A DNA stretch of 64,000 bases from a virus, in the IMG/VR virus record IMGVR_UViG_3300044675_001825, positions 13,457 to 77,456 of that record. One strand, given 5' to 3'. The position numbers and the translations under genes are program-made. Positions 16,555-26,528 of the stretch are shown here, one piece after another. Position 1 is the stretch's first letter. Every line of letters starts with the position of its first letter. The notes beneath the pieces are model-generated. The model was given only the letters and a program-made list of their open reading frames with translations. It made no database searches and had not been told where the DNA came from.

Positions 16555-19140
16555 ATGGCAATAATTAGATATACAAAAGATGCTACCATCAGGTATGCAT
16601 ACTTAAACATCTTCCCTGATCAGTTCAAAACTGAAAAGGAAAAGCAAGATGAGAGTTGGATAAAGAATACAATGGACTATTTCTCCAACAAAGCATATGC
16701 TGAGTATGTAAAGAATAGAGACACATTTGTTAAGAATTATGATCTTATGAAAGGTATTCTTCGTATGGAGGATTTCTATCAAGAACCAGAGGTGAGAAGC
16801 TTTACAGATGTTCTTACAGGAGATCTAGAACTTCCTGCTTATGTAAAAATGTATTCTATTGTCACCACTCCTGTTAATGAGTTGGTAGGAGAGATCTCTA
16901 AACGTCCAGATACATTTAGAGTGAAAGCTTTTGATGATGACAGTCAGGCAGAAGAACTACAGTTTAAAACAGATACGTTACAAGAATATGTAATAGGTCA
17001 AGTTAAACAACAGTTTGCACAGAAAGCTGCTATGCGAGGGGAAGAGATTGATGAGGAGCAATTACAGCAAATGACAATGGAACAGGTTAAGGATCAGTTA
17101 GATAGCTACACATCTGTTGCTGAGAAATGGGCTAACCACATCCTTACATGTCAAAAAGCTGAGTTTAATTTAAAAGAAAAATCAGAGGATGCGTTTAGAG
17201 ATATGCTAATCTCTGCTAGACAATTTTACCATATATATGAAGACAACTCGAAACTTGGTTTCAACATCGAAGTGGCGAACCCAAAAAACACTTGGTTTCT
17301 TACTACTCCTGATAGAAAGTGGATATCAGATCCCACTGGTAGAGCTCAAGGAGCCTATGCTGCTGGCACAGTACAAGTTATGGAGCTATCAGAGATCATT
17401 GAAAGCATACCAGATCTTACGAAAGAGGAGATTGACCACTTACGCTCATCGCTCCAAGACTATGGACTGATCAATGTACGTGAATCAAACTTAGGTAATC
17501 CAGATGCTATTCCTGGACAAGACTCTGTAATGTATGATACGTTTGACCCATTAGTGTTACAGACACGTATGATCATTGAATCAGAAATGAAAGAGAACAA
17601 CGATGGACTTAAAGACTTCTTAGGACTAACTAATAACGTTAGCTCATTTGGTTATAAGTATGTTGTTGTTAGATCATATTGGATTTCTAAGAGAAAGATA
17701 GGTAAGCTTATATACATAGATGATATGGGTAATGAGCAATCTTTACTTGTTGATGAAAGTTACAAATCAGGAAGTATACCTACTCAACAATCATTAGAAT
17801 GGGGATGGGTAAATGAGTGGTATCAAGGAACTAAGATTGGGCCAGACATATACCACATCAAACCATTCAAGCTTTTAAATTACTGTCCTATTATAGGTAC
17901 AACATATGAGGTGAAGAATACAGAGGCTAAATCTCTAGTAGATCTTATGAAACCTTTTCAAGTCCTTTACAATGTATGTATGAACCAATTGTACAAACTT
18001 CTTGAAAAAGAGATGGGTAAGGTTCAGCTTATGTCATTGAGACATGTTCCTATTCCTAAAGATGGAGATGCACAAGATGCTCTTGATATATGGGAAATGG
18101 AAGCACGTAACAGAGGTGTAGTATTTGTGGATGACAGCCCAGAGAACTTAAAAGCTCCTAGCTCATTCAACCAATACACAGCTCTTGATCTTACACGTAC
18201 ACAGGAGATACAATCTAGATATACACTAGCTCAACAAGTTAAGAATGAATGTTGGGAACTTGTAGGTATGTCAAGACAACGTATGGGATCAGTGGCAGCA
18301 TCAGAAACTGCAACAGGGACTAATACAGCTATGCAACAGAGTTATTCTCAGACAGAACCATTGTTTATTGCACATGAATATGTGATGGGACAACTATATC
18401 AAGCTATCATTGATGCTGCATTATATGTAGAGAGTTCTAAACCTCAATCTACGCTTTCATATATCACTTCTGAGGGACAATCTGCGTTCGTACAAGTGAA
18501 TGGATCAGATCTTAAATTTCGTGACTTAAAAGTGTTCTTAACCAATAGACCTGAAGATCAACAAATGTTTAATGAGCTTAGACAACTTTCTCAAGCTATT
18601 ATTCAGAATGGTGGCACACTTTATGATGTAGTGGAACTATATAGTTCTAAGTCTCAAAGAGAACTTAAGAAAGCATTCAAAGATCTTAGAGATAGACAAG
18701 TTACTCTACAAGAACAACAACAAAAACTTGCTGAACAACAACAACAAGCTCAACAAGAACAAGCTCAAGCTCAGTTACAACAAGCTGCTCAGATGGCACA
18801 AGAGCAACAAGCTAACGATAATTACCAAAAAGAACTTGATAGATTATCTAAAGAGAAGATTGCTATCATACAAGCAACAGGCTTTGGTAAAGTGGAAAGT
18901 GAAGATGTTAATGCTAATGCTGTTCCTGATGTATTGGAAGTGAGTAAGTTAAATATGGAGCAACAGAAAGTTACTAAAGACTATGGAGTGGAAATGGCTG
19001 ATATTCAAGCTAAGAATAAACAAGCAGCTGATAAAATGTCCATAGAAAAAGAGAAATTACAAGTGGCTAGAGAGAATATGGCAAACGATCTTGCAGTGGC
19101 AAAAGAGAACGCTAAGGGAAGAAATAACAAAAAAAGTTAA
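16555..19140 (+). CDS. Portal protein
   Basis: 861 aa following terL, with Gln-rich coiled-coil C-terminal barrel; crAss-like gene order. Confidence 0.88.
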   Translation: MAIIRYTKDATIRYAYLNIFPDQFKTEKEKQDESWIKNTMDYFSNKAYAEYVKNRDTFVKNYDLMKGILRMEDFYQEPEVRSFTDVLTGDLELPAYVKMYSIVTTPVNELVGEISKRPDTFRVKAFDDDSQAEELQFKTDTLQEYVIGQVKQQFAQKAAMRGEEIDEEQLQQMTMEQVKDQLDSYTSVAEKWANHILTCQKAEFNLKEKSEDAFRDMLISARQFYHIYEDNSKLGFNIEVANPKNTWFLTTPDRKWISDPTGRAQGAYAAGTVQVMELSEIIESIPDLTKEEIDHLRSSLQDYGLINVRESNLGNPDAIPGQDSVMYDTFDPLVLQTRMIIESEMKENNDGLKDFLGLTNNVSSFGYKYVVVRSYWISKRKIGKLIYIDDMGNEQSLLVDESYKSGSIPTQQSLEWGWVNEWYQGTKIGPDIYHIKPFKLLNYCPIIGTTYEVKNTEAKSLVDLMKPFQVLYNVCMNQLYKLLEKEMGKVQLMSLRHVPIPKDGDAQDALDIWEMEARNRGVVFVDDSPENLKAPSSFNQYTALDLTRTQEIQSRYTLAQQVKNECWELVGMSRQRMGSVAASETATGTNTAMQQSYSQTEPLFIAHEYVMGQLYQAIIDAALYVESSKPQSTLSYITSEGQSAFVQVNGSDLKFRDLKVFLTNRPEDQQMFNELRQLSQAIIQNGGTLYDVVELYSSKSQRELKKAFKDLRDRQVTLQEQQQKLAEQQQQAQQEQAQAQLQQAAQMAQEQQANDNYQKELDRLSKEKIAIIQATGFGKVESEDVNANAVPDVLEVSKLNMEQQKVTKDYGVEMADIQAKNKQAADKMSIEKEKLQVARENMANDLAVAKENAKGRNNKKS

Positions 19141-19220
19141 AAAAAGTTCTTCCACAGACAAGGGTAAAACATATTAATGCTATATTATCTAGAAAATTGG
19201 ATCACATTGATCTATAACCC

Positions 19221-19251
19221 TTTGATATTCCAAACCCTTATTATACTTTTA
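19221..19251 (+). promoter_or_regulatory. Probable promoter of the scaffold/capsid operon (variant -7)
   Basis: TTTG - N19 - TACTTTTA in the 145-bp intergenic gap. Confidence 0.5.
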
Positions 19252-19284
19252 CATAAATAAAACCAAACATAAATACAACTACAT

Positions 19285-20547
19285 ATGGCTGATAATTTAG
19301 ATAACTTTAGTATCCAAGGTACTATGGAAATGGGAATGGGTAACCAAGAACTATTAAATGACTTGTTTTCCCCTGAAACATCAACATCGAATCCAGAAGA
19401 TGTTACACCTATTATTAAAGACGCAGATGCTCCTGAAGCTCCAGAAGTTCCAGCAGTAAAGAAAGGTAAGGATATTATTCCTCCTAAAAGCGTTGATGGT
19501 AAAACAGATGAAGAGAAAGCAGAAGGACAATCAATGATTGCTGATTTCTTAAGTGATGATGAAGATGACACTGAAGATGATGACACTCCTGCACCAGCAA
19601 AACCTGCAGAAGCTGCAGAAGCTGCTGCTGACGTTGATGCTGATGATGACACTCCACAAGGTACACAATTCACTGCTCTTGCAAACGATCTTTATAAACT
19701 AGGTGTATTCACCAATGATGATGATGAAGATCCAGAACCAGTATCCACTGCAGAAGAGTTTTTAGAAAGATTTGAAAATGAAAAGAAAAAAGGTGCCTCT
19801 GAAATGGTACAAAACTTCATAGGACAATTTGGAGAAGATTATCAAGAAGCGTTTGAAGCCATATTTGTGAAAGGAGTTAATCCAAAAGATTACTTTGGTA
19901 CTTATAATCAAGTAGTTAACTTTGCTGAGATGGATCTCAATGATGAGAACAATCAAATAAGAATAATGAAACAAGCATTAGCAGATCAAGGATTTGAACC
20001 TGAAGATGTAGATACAGAAATCGAAAGACTTCAAAACTATGGTGATCTTGAAAGCGTAGCTACAAAGCATCATAAAGTGTTGGTTAAAAAAGAAGCAGCC
20101 AAGTTACAACAACTAGAACAGAAATCTGAAGCTGAGTTAAGACAAAAAGCTCAAATCAGAAATCAATATATAGCCAACGTACAGAACATCTTACAAGAGA
20201 AGGTGAAATCAAAAGAGTTTGATGGTATTCCTATCAATCCAAAATTAGCAGGTGAACTACAAGACTTCTTATTAGTTGATAAGTGGAAAACTCCATCAGG
20301 AGAAACACTAACAGACTTTGATCGTGCTATTCTGGATATGAAAAGACCAGAGAACCATGCAATGAAAGTTAAGTTAGGACTTCTTATGAAGATGTTAGAA
20401 AAAGATCCAACATTATCAACCATACAAAGAACAGGTGTGACTAAAAAATCTAACCAGTTATTTGGAGAAGTTGCAAGACAAGTAGAAAAAGCTAAAACAG
20501 CTGGATCTACTGGTTCAGGAGCTAAACCTAATTCATGGTTTCTATAA
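19285..20547 (+). CDS. Scaffold-like/capsid assembly protein
   Basis: Acidic disordered N-half and helical C-half; lies between portal and MCP. Confidence 0.7.
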   Translation: MADNLDNFSIQGTMEMGMGNQELLNDLFSPETSTSNPEDVTPIIKDADAPEAPEVPAVKKGKDIIPPKSVDGKTDEEKAEGQSMIADFLSDDEDDTEDDDTPAPAKPAEAAEAAADVDADDDTPQGTQFTALANDLYKLGVFTNDDDEDPEPVSTAEEFLERFENEKKKGASEMVQNFIGQFGEDYQEAFEAIFVKGVNPKDYFGTYNQVVNFAEMDLNDENNQIRIMKQALADQGFEPEDVDTEIERLQNYGDLESVATKHHKVLVKKEAAKLQQLEQKSEAELRQKAQIRNQYIANVQNILQEKVKSKEFDGIPINPKLAGELQDFLLVDKWKTPSGETLTDFDRAILDMKRPENHAMKVKLGLLMKMLEKDPTLSTIQRTGVTKKSNQLFGEVARQVEKAKTAGSTGSGAKPNSWFL

Positions 20548-20585
20548 CAAAAAAATAATTAATAATTAACAAAAACGAATAACAA

Positions 20586-22148
20586 ATGGCAATTCAAACA
20601 ATCCCTGGGTTAACAGGTTTTACTTATGCTCGTGTTGCGTCTATGGACAAGCGTGCAGTAGGGAAACTTACAGACTCAAATCACTTAGAGAGTTTTCACT
20701 CAACAGAGCCAGCTGATTATGATAAAAAGATTATATCTTTATATACTCAGAGCTCATTGTACAGTAATGACTTCTTGGACATGATCAACAAAAGCACACC
20801 TTATTACATCGATAATAATAGTGATGCATGGAAATGGCAAGTAGCAGTTCCTTACAAATTCCCAAAAATTATTGACATTCCTGCTTCTACGCAAGAATTA
20901 ATTGATGCTGGTAAAACAGGTATCGATGGTCAAGAATTTAGTTTAGTATTAGATACTAATGAGTTTTCTAAAAATGCAATTGTATCTGTAGGTACACGTC
21001 AGTATGGTCCACGTTTCTACGTGATCAAAGATCCACAACCATGGAACATGGGTTATCTTTATTCATTTACATTAGTAACTGACAATCCAACAGTTGACTT
21101 TGTAAACCCTACATTCTTACAATATGGTGTTGAATTAGAATTAGTTGATGCTGCTATTGGTGAGTTTGATCAAGACTTATTAGGTCTTCCAAGATTAGGT
21201 GAGCAAATCACTATGTTCGAATCATTAGGTTCTGCATATGGATATGAGCACAAAATCACTGAGTGGGCTGATGACAAAATGATGAGAGATGCTTCTGGTA
21301 AACCATTAGACATTTTAGTTTATGCTCCACAAAGACGTAACCAATTACCTTTAACTCGTAATGATGTTAAATGGGAACCATTCATTGAGTTCTGGATGCG
21401 TAAGTCAATGTTAGAATTGAAAGTTAAACGTATGATCTGGGCTAAACCAGGTACAGTTAAAACTAATGGTTCTAAACAAGAATTGAAACGTACATCTGCA
21501 GGTGTATACCACAGAATGCGTAACAATGGAAACTTGGTACAATACAACAGAGGTGAATTCTCTGCTAACTTGATTCGTTCAGTATTTGGAGACTTGTTCT
21601 ACAGAAGAGTGGATGTTAAAGACAGAAGTGTAAAAATGTATACTAATGAGGCTGGATTCGACGTATTCCAACAAGCTTTGAAAACAGATGCATTAAACTC
21701 TGGTCTTACGTTCATGGCAGATTCTGGAAACAGATACTTACAAGGAGAAGGACAACATATCACTTACAACTTTGCATTCGATGCAATGGTAACTCGTGAG
21801 ACTGGTAGAGTTGAATTGATTCACTTGAAAGAATTAGATTTACCACAAACTAACTTAGAGTTTGGACAAAACAAAAAATCTACGCCAGTATTTATGGTGT
21901 TTGATGTGTCTCCAATGTCTGATGGTTCAATGGTAAACAACATTAGAGAAGTACGTATGAAAGGTGCTCCTTCTATGACATGGGGTTATATTGATGGTAC
22001 TCGTCACCACTTAGGTTTTGCTAAGTCTCAAGGTATGAGTTCAGCTAACAAATTCCCAGGATACGAAATCTGGATGAAAGACAGATGTGACGTATTTATC
22101 GAAGATCTTTCTAGAACTGTGTTGATCGAGGAAATCCCACAATTCTAA
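20586..22148 (+). CDS. Major capsid protein (crAss-like)
   Basis: 520 aa with strongly biased codon usage; position and size match the crAss-like MCP. Confidence 0.88.
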   Translation: MAIQTIPGLTGFTYARVASMDKRAVGKLTDSNHLESFHSTEPADYDKKIISLYTQSSLYSNDFLDMINKSTPYYIDNNSDAWKWQVAVPYKFPKIIDIPASTQELIDAGKTGIDGQEFSLVLDTNEFSKNAIVSVGTRQYGPRFYVIKDPQPWNMGYLYSFTLVTDNPTVDFVNPTFLQYGVELELVDAAIGEFDQDLLGLPRLGEQITMFESLGSAYGYEHKITEWADDKMMRDASGKPLDILVYAPQRRNQLPLTRNDVKWEPFIEFWMRKSMLELKVKRMIWAKPGTVKTNGSKQELKRTSAGVYHRMRNNGNLVQYNRGEFSANLIRSVFGDLFYRRVDVKDRSVKMYTNEAGFDVFQQALKTDALNSGLTFMADSGNRYLQGEGQHITYNFAFDAMVTRETGRVELIHLKELDLPQTNLEFGQNKKSTPVFMVFDVSPMSDGSMVNNIREVRMKGAPSMTWGYIDGTRHHLGFAKSQGMSSANKFPGYEIWMKDRCDVFIEDLSRTVLIEEIPQF

Positions 22149-22161
22149 TAATAGTAATAGT

Positions 22162-22317
22162 AGTTACTACGCTACCCATCATAGAACAGCGTCCCAGAGT
22201 AACTCATTTATTCGAGATGAATCCCCTCACCTCCTCTCCCTCCTAGAGGGGATGATTCTCAAACAGAGTGATGGATCAGGATTTCCTGATAGCCAGACCC
22301 TTCGATGGGACCACTCT
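22162..22317 (+). ncRNA. Candidate structured RNA (three helical domains)
   Basis: GC-rich intergenic island. Helices AGTTACT/AGTAACT + ACGCT/AGCGT; ATCCCCTC/GAGGGGAT; AGAGTG/CACTCT enclosing ATCAGG/CCTGAT and CCC-TTCGAT-GGG. Confidence 0.6.
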
Positions 22318-22351
22318 ACTAAATAAAACCAAATTATTAAATTAACTACAT

Positions 22352-23320
22352 ATGGGTAAAACAGGCAAAATCTCTACGATAAAACGTGAGTATAATAGTT
22401 CGCAATTGCAAACTATGGATAGTGGGTTAGCACAAAAAGGTATGACAAGAATTCCTGGAACAGGAGTATTCAAATATCCTTACAAGGAATTAGATGGTAA
22501 ATACAGAACAGGACTTGATCCAGACGCTGCTTACATTAGACGTATCAAAGATGATACTGAAAGAGAACTTGAAGTTGAAAGAGTGACAGCTCTTAGAAAA
22601 AGACTTGAAGCTGAGATTGGTGATATTGACTTAGGTCCACGTTCTAAATTCTGGAACTATGGATTATCATTATCTCCAGACGATCAGACTCACGTACAAG
22701 CAGTTAAATTGATGGATGGTGATAACTTTTTTGATTTATCAAATGCTTTTCAAGAAATAGCCTTTTCATGGTTGAGAGTACATCCTACTATTGCATCTTC
22801 TTACCAAGCATGGGAAAGAGGAGAATATCCAGCAGATACACAGTTTTATGTGGTAGATGATGAGATAGAGAATGCAGTGATCTTCAAGAAAAAACAATTG
22901 ATTAATAAAGCAATTGTTAAGTTTGATTCAATGACTCCTGAGAAGAAACGTAAAGTTGCAAGACTATTAGGACTTCCAGTATCAGAAGATTCAAAAGAAG
23001 AAGTAGTGTACAACTTAGTAGATAATGTATTGAAACAAACAGAATTCAAGAATGGTAAGTATTCAGGATTGAATCCAGTTGAAGTGTTCAATAGATTTGC
23101 TGACATGAAAGAAGCTTTACTCCATATTAAAGATTTAGTAAAACAAGCTATAACACATTCTATTTATAGAGTTAAACCAAATGGTAAGGTTTATGAAGGT
23201 GAATTTGAAGTAGCTAAAGATGAAGAAGATTTAGTAAAATTCTTAGCTGATGATGATAACCAAGATGAGTTATTAGTATTAGAAGGAAAATTAAAAACTA
23301 AAAAACTAGCTGCTGTATAA
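22352..23320 (+). CDS. Conserved crAss-like capsid-module protein
   Basis: 322-aa ORF directly after the MCP. Confidence 0.75.
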   Translation: MGKTGKISTIKREYNSSQLQTMDSGLAQKGMTRIPGTGVFKYPYKELDGKYRTGLDPDAAYIRRIKDDTERELEVERVTALRKRLEAEIGDIDLGPRSKFWNYGLSLSPDDQTHVQAVKLMDGDNFFDLSNAFQEIAFSWLRVHPTIASSYQAWERGEYPADTQFYVVDDEIENAVIFKKKQLINKAIVKFDSMTPEKKRKVARLLGLPVSEDSKEEVVYNLVDNVLKQTEFKNGKYSGLNPVEVFNRFADMKEALLHIKDLVKQAITHSIYRVKPNGKVYEGEFEVAKDEEDLVKFLADDDNQDELLVLEGKLKTKKLAAV

Positions 23321-23333
23321 GTGGCTAGTTTTT
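23301..23333 (+). terminator. Intrinsic terminator overlapping the stop codon
   Basis: AAAAACTAGCTGC-N7-GTGGCTAGTTTTT. Confidence 0.65.
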
Positions 23334-23349
23334 AAAAATATAAAAGAAT

Positions 23350-24081
23350 ATGATTCCAGTAGATAGTTTATTATACAAGATCGATCAAAAACTAAATAAA
23401 CTATCGACTAATTCACATCAACAGATTCAATTAGAAGATAAGATTTTAGCTCTTAATGAAGCTCAAATCAAGTTGATAAAACAGAAAGTTGATGGTATTA
23501 GTACTACTAGTCAATTAGGTCTTGATTCATTTAAGAAACGTTATGAAGACTTACAGAGTCTTATATTAGATTATAATCATCAACCATTGCCACTAGTATT
23601 AGAAGATGATAACTTAAATCAATGGTCTGCTAATGTTCATAATCTTGAGCCAAAATATATGTTCTATGTAGATTCATATGTTTTAGCTGATAAAGGAAGA
23701 TGTAAAGACAGAAGAATTTGGATCAATCGAGATCTTGCAAAGCATGGTGATCTACAGTTTATATTAAACAACGATCATTACAAACCAAGCTTTGAATACC
23801 AAGAAACATTTAATGTTCTTGCTTCTGATAAAATATCTATATATACTGATGGAACGTTCACTCCTAAGAATATACAGATAATGTACATGAGATATCCAGT
23901 TTATATAAACAAAGCAGGATATATAATGTTAGATGGGACTCCATCATTTGATCAAGATTGTGAACTTGAATTATATTTAGAGGATGAATTGTTAGACTTA
24001 ACAGTACAGAATCTAGCAATGTATACTGAGAATGCTGCAGCAGTACAAAGTGCTCAGTTCAGAATACAAACAAACGAGTAA
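23350..24081 (+). CDS. Tail ring/head-tail adaptor-type protein
   Basis: LNEAQ..., YMRYP..., CEL...DELLDLTV pattern as in crAss-like ring proteins; gene order. Confidence 0.65.
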   Translation: MIPVDSLLYKIDQKLNKLSTNSHQQIQLEDKILALNEAQIKLIKQKVDGISTTSQLGLDSFKKRYEDLQSLILDYNHQPLPLVLEDDNLNQWSANVHNLEPKYMFYVDSYVLADKGRCKDRRIWINRDLAKHGDLQFILNNDHYKPSFEYQETFNVLASDKISIYTDGTFTPKNIQIMYMRYPVYINKAGYIMLDGTPSFDQDCELELYLEDELLDLTVQNLAMYTENAAAVQSAQFRIQTNE

Positions 24082-24106
24082 ATTTTTAACTTAATAAATA
24101 AATAAA

Positions 24107-25279
24107 ATGGCTGATTTTTCATTAACCACAGTATTCGTGGTTCCAGTGGGGCAAACTGCACTCCCTAGCTCTGGCTCAACACAAAACTTGACTGCAGGAC
24201 AAGTAGGTTTCTTTAGAAACGATTATTCAATAGCTACTTCTGCTAACATTGCTGCTGCACCTTATTTCTACGTAGCACAAGGTAGAACAAACACTTATTT
24301 ACAAGGATCTAAAAGATCTGACAAGATCAAAGGATGTCCTTCTGGATCTGGTTGCAACTCAAACGTAACAGAATGGTACAAAGTATCAGGATGTCCTACA
24401 GCTGCTAACCAAATCACTGATGTAACTAATTTCACTGTACAATGTGGAGAAACTATCACGTTAACTTTACGTGCTCACTCTTCTTACATTGATACATTGT
24501 ATTTTAATGGTTTCACTCGTTCAGTAACAATCCAAGCTCCATGCTGTGGTTGTGATGAAAATCCATGTGCTGATGTAAGTGACAACACTATCATCAACTT
24601 ATTGATTGCTAAATTAACACAACAAGCTCCTGGTATCAACCCTGATAACATTAGCTTTAATACATTCTTTACATTTGAAAATGTAGGTGGTACAATCTTA
24701 CGTATTACAGGAAAACCATTAACTCAATATGGACAACCTTGTGATATTGCAGCGTTCCCTTTTGAATATGACAGAATGTCTTTCAGAACATTTGTATATG
24801 CTGGTCCAGCTACAACTGCTGACTTCATTGTAGCAGATGCTTGTAACATTGTTGCTAACCCAATCATCACTCAACGTGCTTCTTACGCTACTGGTACATC
24901 TGCAGAAATTGCTCAATTAGAGAAAAACTTCTACAGCTACCAAGCAGGTTACTTGAAACATTTATATAGAATGAATGGGTATAACGAGAACTTTGAATCT
25001 TGGGTTTCTGCTGGTACAACTTATGATACATACTACATTAGATTTAATGAGTATAATAAATCTGAGTACCAATGGGGTGATTACATTATGGAAGATTCAA
25101 CAGTAATTATTGCTGCTCCGAACTCTGTAACAAGTGGTATTTCTGCTGCAATCACTACTGTGTTAGAAGCTGCATTAGGTACTGTAGTAGATCAAGGTGT
25201 TCCTTGTATCACAACTACAACTACTTCTTCTACTGCTGCTCCATCAACAACAACTACTACTTCTACAAACATTCCTTAA
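24107..25279 (+). CDS. Abundant virion protein (auxiliary capsid-like) with Thr-rich tail
   Basis: MCP-like codon bias, beta-rich, ends CITTTTTSSTAAPSTTTTTSTNIP. Confidence 0.65.
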   Translation: MADFSLTTVFVVPVGQTALPSSGSTQNLTAGQVGFFRNDYSIATSANIAAAPYFYVAQGRTNTYLQGSKRSDKIKGCPSGSGCNSNVTEWYKVSGCPTAANQITDVTNFTVQCGETITLTLRAHSSYIDTLYFNGFTRSVTIQAPCCGCDENPCADVSDNTIINLLIAKLTQQAPGINPDNISFNTFFTFENVGGTILRITGKPLTQYGQPCDIAAFPFEYDRMSFRTFVYAGPATTADFIVADACNIVANPIITQRASYATGTSAEIAQLEKNFYSYQAGYLKHLYRMNGYNENFESWVSAGTTYDTYYIRFNEYNKSEYQWGDYIMEDSTVIIAAPNSVTSGISAAITTVLEAALGTVVDQGVPCITTTTTSSTAAPSTTTTTSTNIP

Positions 25280-25367
25280 GAATAAAAGAAGTAAAATTTA
25301 AACAATAACCTATGCCAGGGGAAAGAGGATAAATCTCATATTCCTCTGGCATAATTATTATAAAAAC

Positions 25368-25931
25368 ATGGCAAACTTACAATTAGATATATTAGTAATC
25401 CCTACTTATAGTGTACTTACACTTGGTGTTACAGATGCTTCTGTATATCCTACCAATCCTCCAGTGGTGTCAGCACCTACTATTGAGATTGATATTCCAG
25501 GATTTGGAACAACGACATTACCATTCGTTCCTAATGAAATCAATGTATTTACATCGTCTAATTTAGGAATCACAGAACCAGATTGTAATCAACCACTTCC
25601 AGATGGAATATACAGATTAAGATATTCTGTAGCTCCTGCATATGCAAATTATGTAGAGAGAACAATATTACGTGTTGATAGACTTCAAGAGAAGTTTGAC
25701 AATGCGTTTCTTCAATTAAACATGATGGTGTGTGATAGAGCTCTTAAAACACAATCTAGTGTTATGTTAAACACTATAAACTTCTTTATACAAGGAGCAA
25801 TTGCAGCAGCTAATAACTGTGCAGAATTTGAATCAAACACATTATATGCTCAGGCAGATAATATGTTAAACAACTTTTTAAGAACCAACTGTGGTTGTTC
25901 TGGTAACAACTACTTAATAAACTTTTATTAA
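25368..25931 (+). CDS. Virion structural protein
   Basis: LPDGIY motif, C-terminal CGC; in structural operon. Confidence 0.7.
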   Translation: MANLQLDILVIPTYSVLTLGVTDASVYPTNPPVVSAPTIEIDIPGFGTTTLPFVPNEINVFTSSNLGITEPDCNQPLPDGIYRLRYSVAPAYANYVERTILRVDRLQEKFDNAFLQLNMMVCDRALKTQSSVMLNTINFFIQGAIAAANNCAEFESNTLYAQADNMLNNFLRTNCGCSGNNYLINFY

Positions 25932-25933
25932 TT

Positions 25934-26029
25934 ATGGCACAATGTTCAGGATGTGGAGCTAATGTAGGCTGTGGATGTCAGCTGAAAAATGGAATGTGTG
26001 CAGCGTGTGCTGCAAAAGCAAATAAATAA
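25934..26029 (+). CDS. 31-aa Cys-rich metallothionein-like microprotein
   Basis: Not in ORF track: MAQCSGCGANVGCGCQLKNGMCAACAAKANK; starts 2 nt after the upstream stop. Confidence 0.7.
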   Translation: MAQCSGCGANVGCGCQLKNGMCAACAAKANK

Positions 26030-26039
26030 AATTGTTATT

Positions 26040-26528
26040 ATGTTATCACCAAGACTAACCAACTGTCCTGAATGCTCGGACATTCCATCTTTACTTAAAA
26101 AAATAGATTGCAAGTTAGCAGAACTTGGTAACAACTTGTACAACAATATTTCATATATGTTGAACAAACCTGTGCCTGCTGATGACATAACTCAATTAAT
26201 AGGATATAGAAGAATATTAATGTACAAGCTTATTAATCCAAACTATGCACATAAATATTCTGTAGCTATGATATCTAGTAGAGTGATACGTCTTACAGTG
26301 GGATGTATAAGTAGATGTAACACACCAGAACCTTGTATAGAGGAACGTTGTGATATAACTATTGTACCAAATCCAACTACCACTACTACTAGCAGTAGTT
26401 CTACTAGCTCAACAACAACAAGTACCACTGCAGTACCAACTACTACCACTACTAGTTCTAGTAGTTCAACTAGCACAAGCACGTCTACTAGTAGTTCTTC
26501 TACAACAACCACTACAACAACAATTTAA
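26040..26528 (+). CDS. Cys-rich structural protein with ~50-aa Thr/Ser tail
   Basis: Start reassigned to MLSPRLTNCPEC. Confidence 0.75.
   Translation: MLSPRLTNCPECSDIPSLLKKIDCKLAELGNNLYNNISYMLNKPVPADDITQLIGYRRILMYKLINPNYAHKYSVAMISSRVIRLTVGCISRCNTPEPCIEERCDITIVPNPTTTTTSSSSTSSTTTSTTAVPTTTTTSSSSSTSTSTSTSSSSTTTTTTTI

Noticed and set aside
14532-22148. Introns or inteins in terminase, portal or capsid genes
   Set aside because: ORFs are continuous and of expected size, with no intein or endonuclease motifs visible
22265-22317. Possible tRNA
   Set aside because: Only about 53 nt, with no D-arm/anticodon cloverleaf; kept as part of the candidate structured RNA
25989-26039. ORF-track start for 25989..26528
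   Set aside because: Overlaps the Cys-rich microgene; ATG 26040 has the A-rich leader
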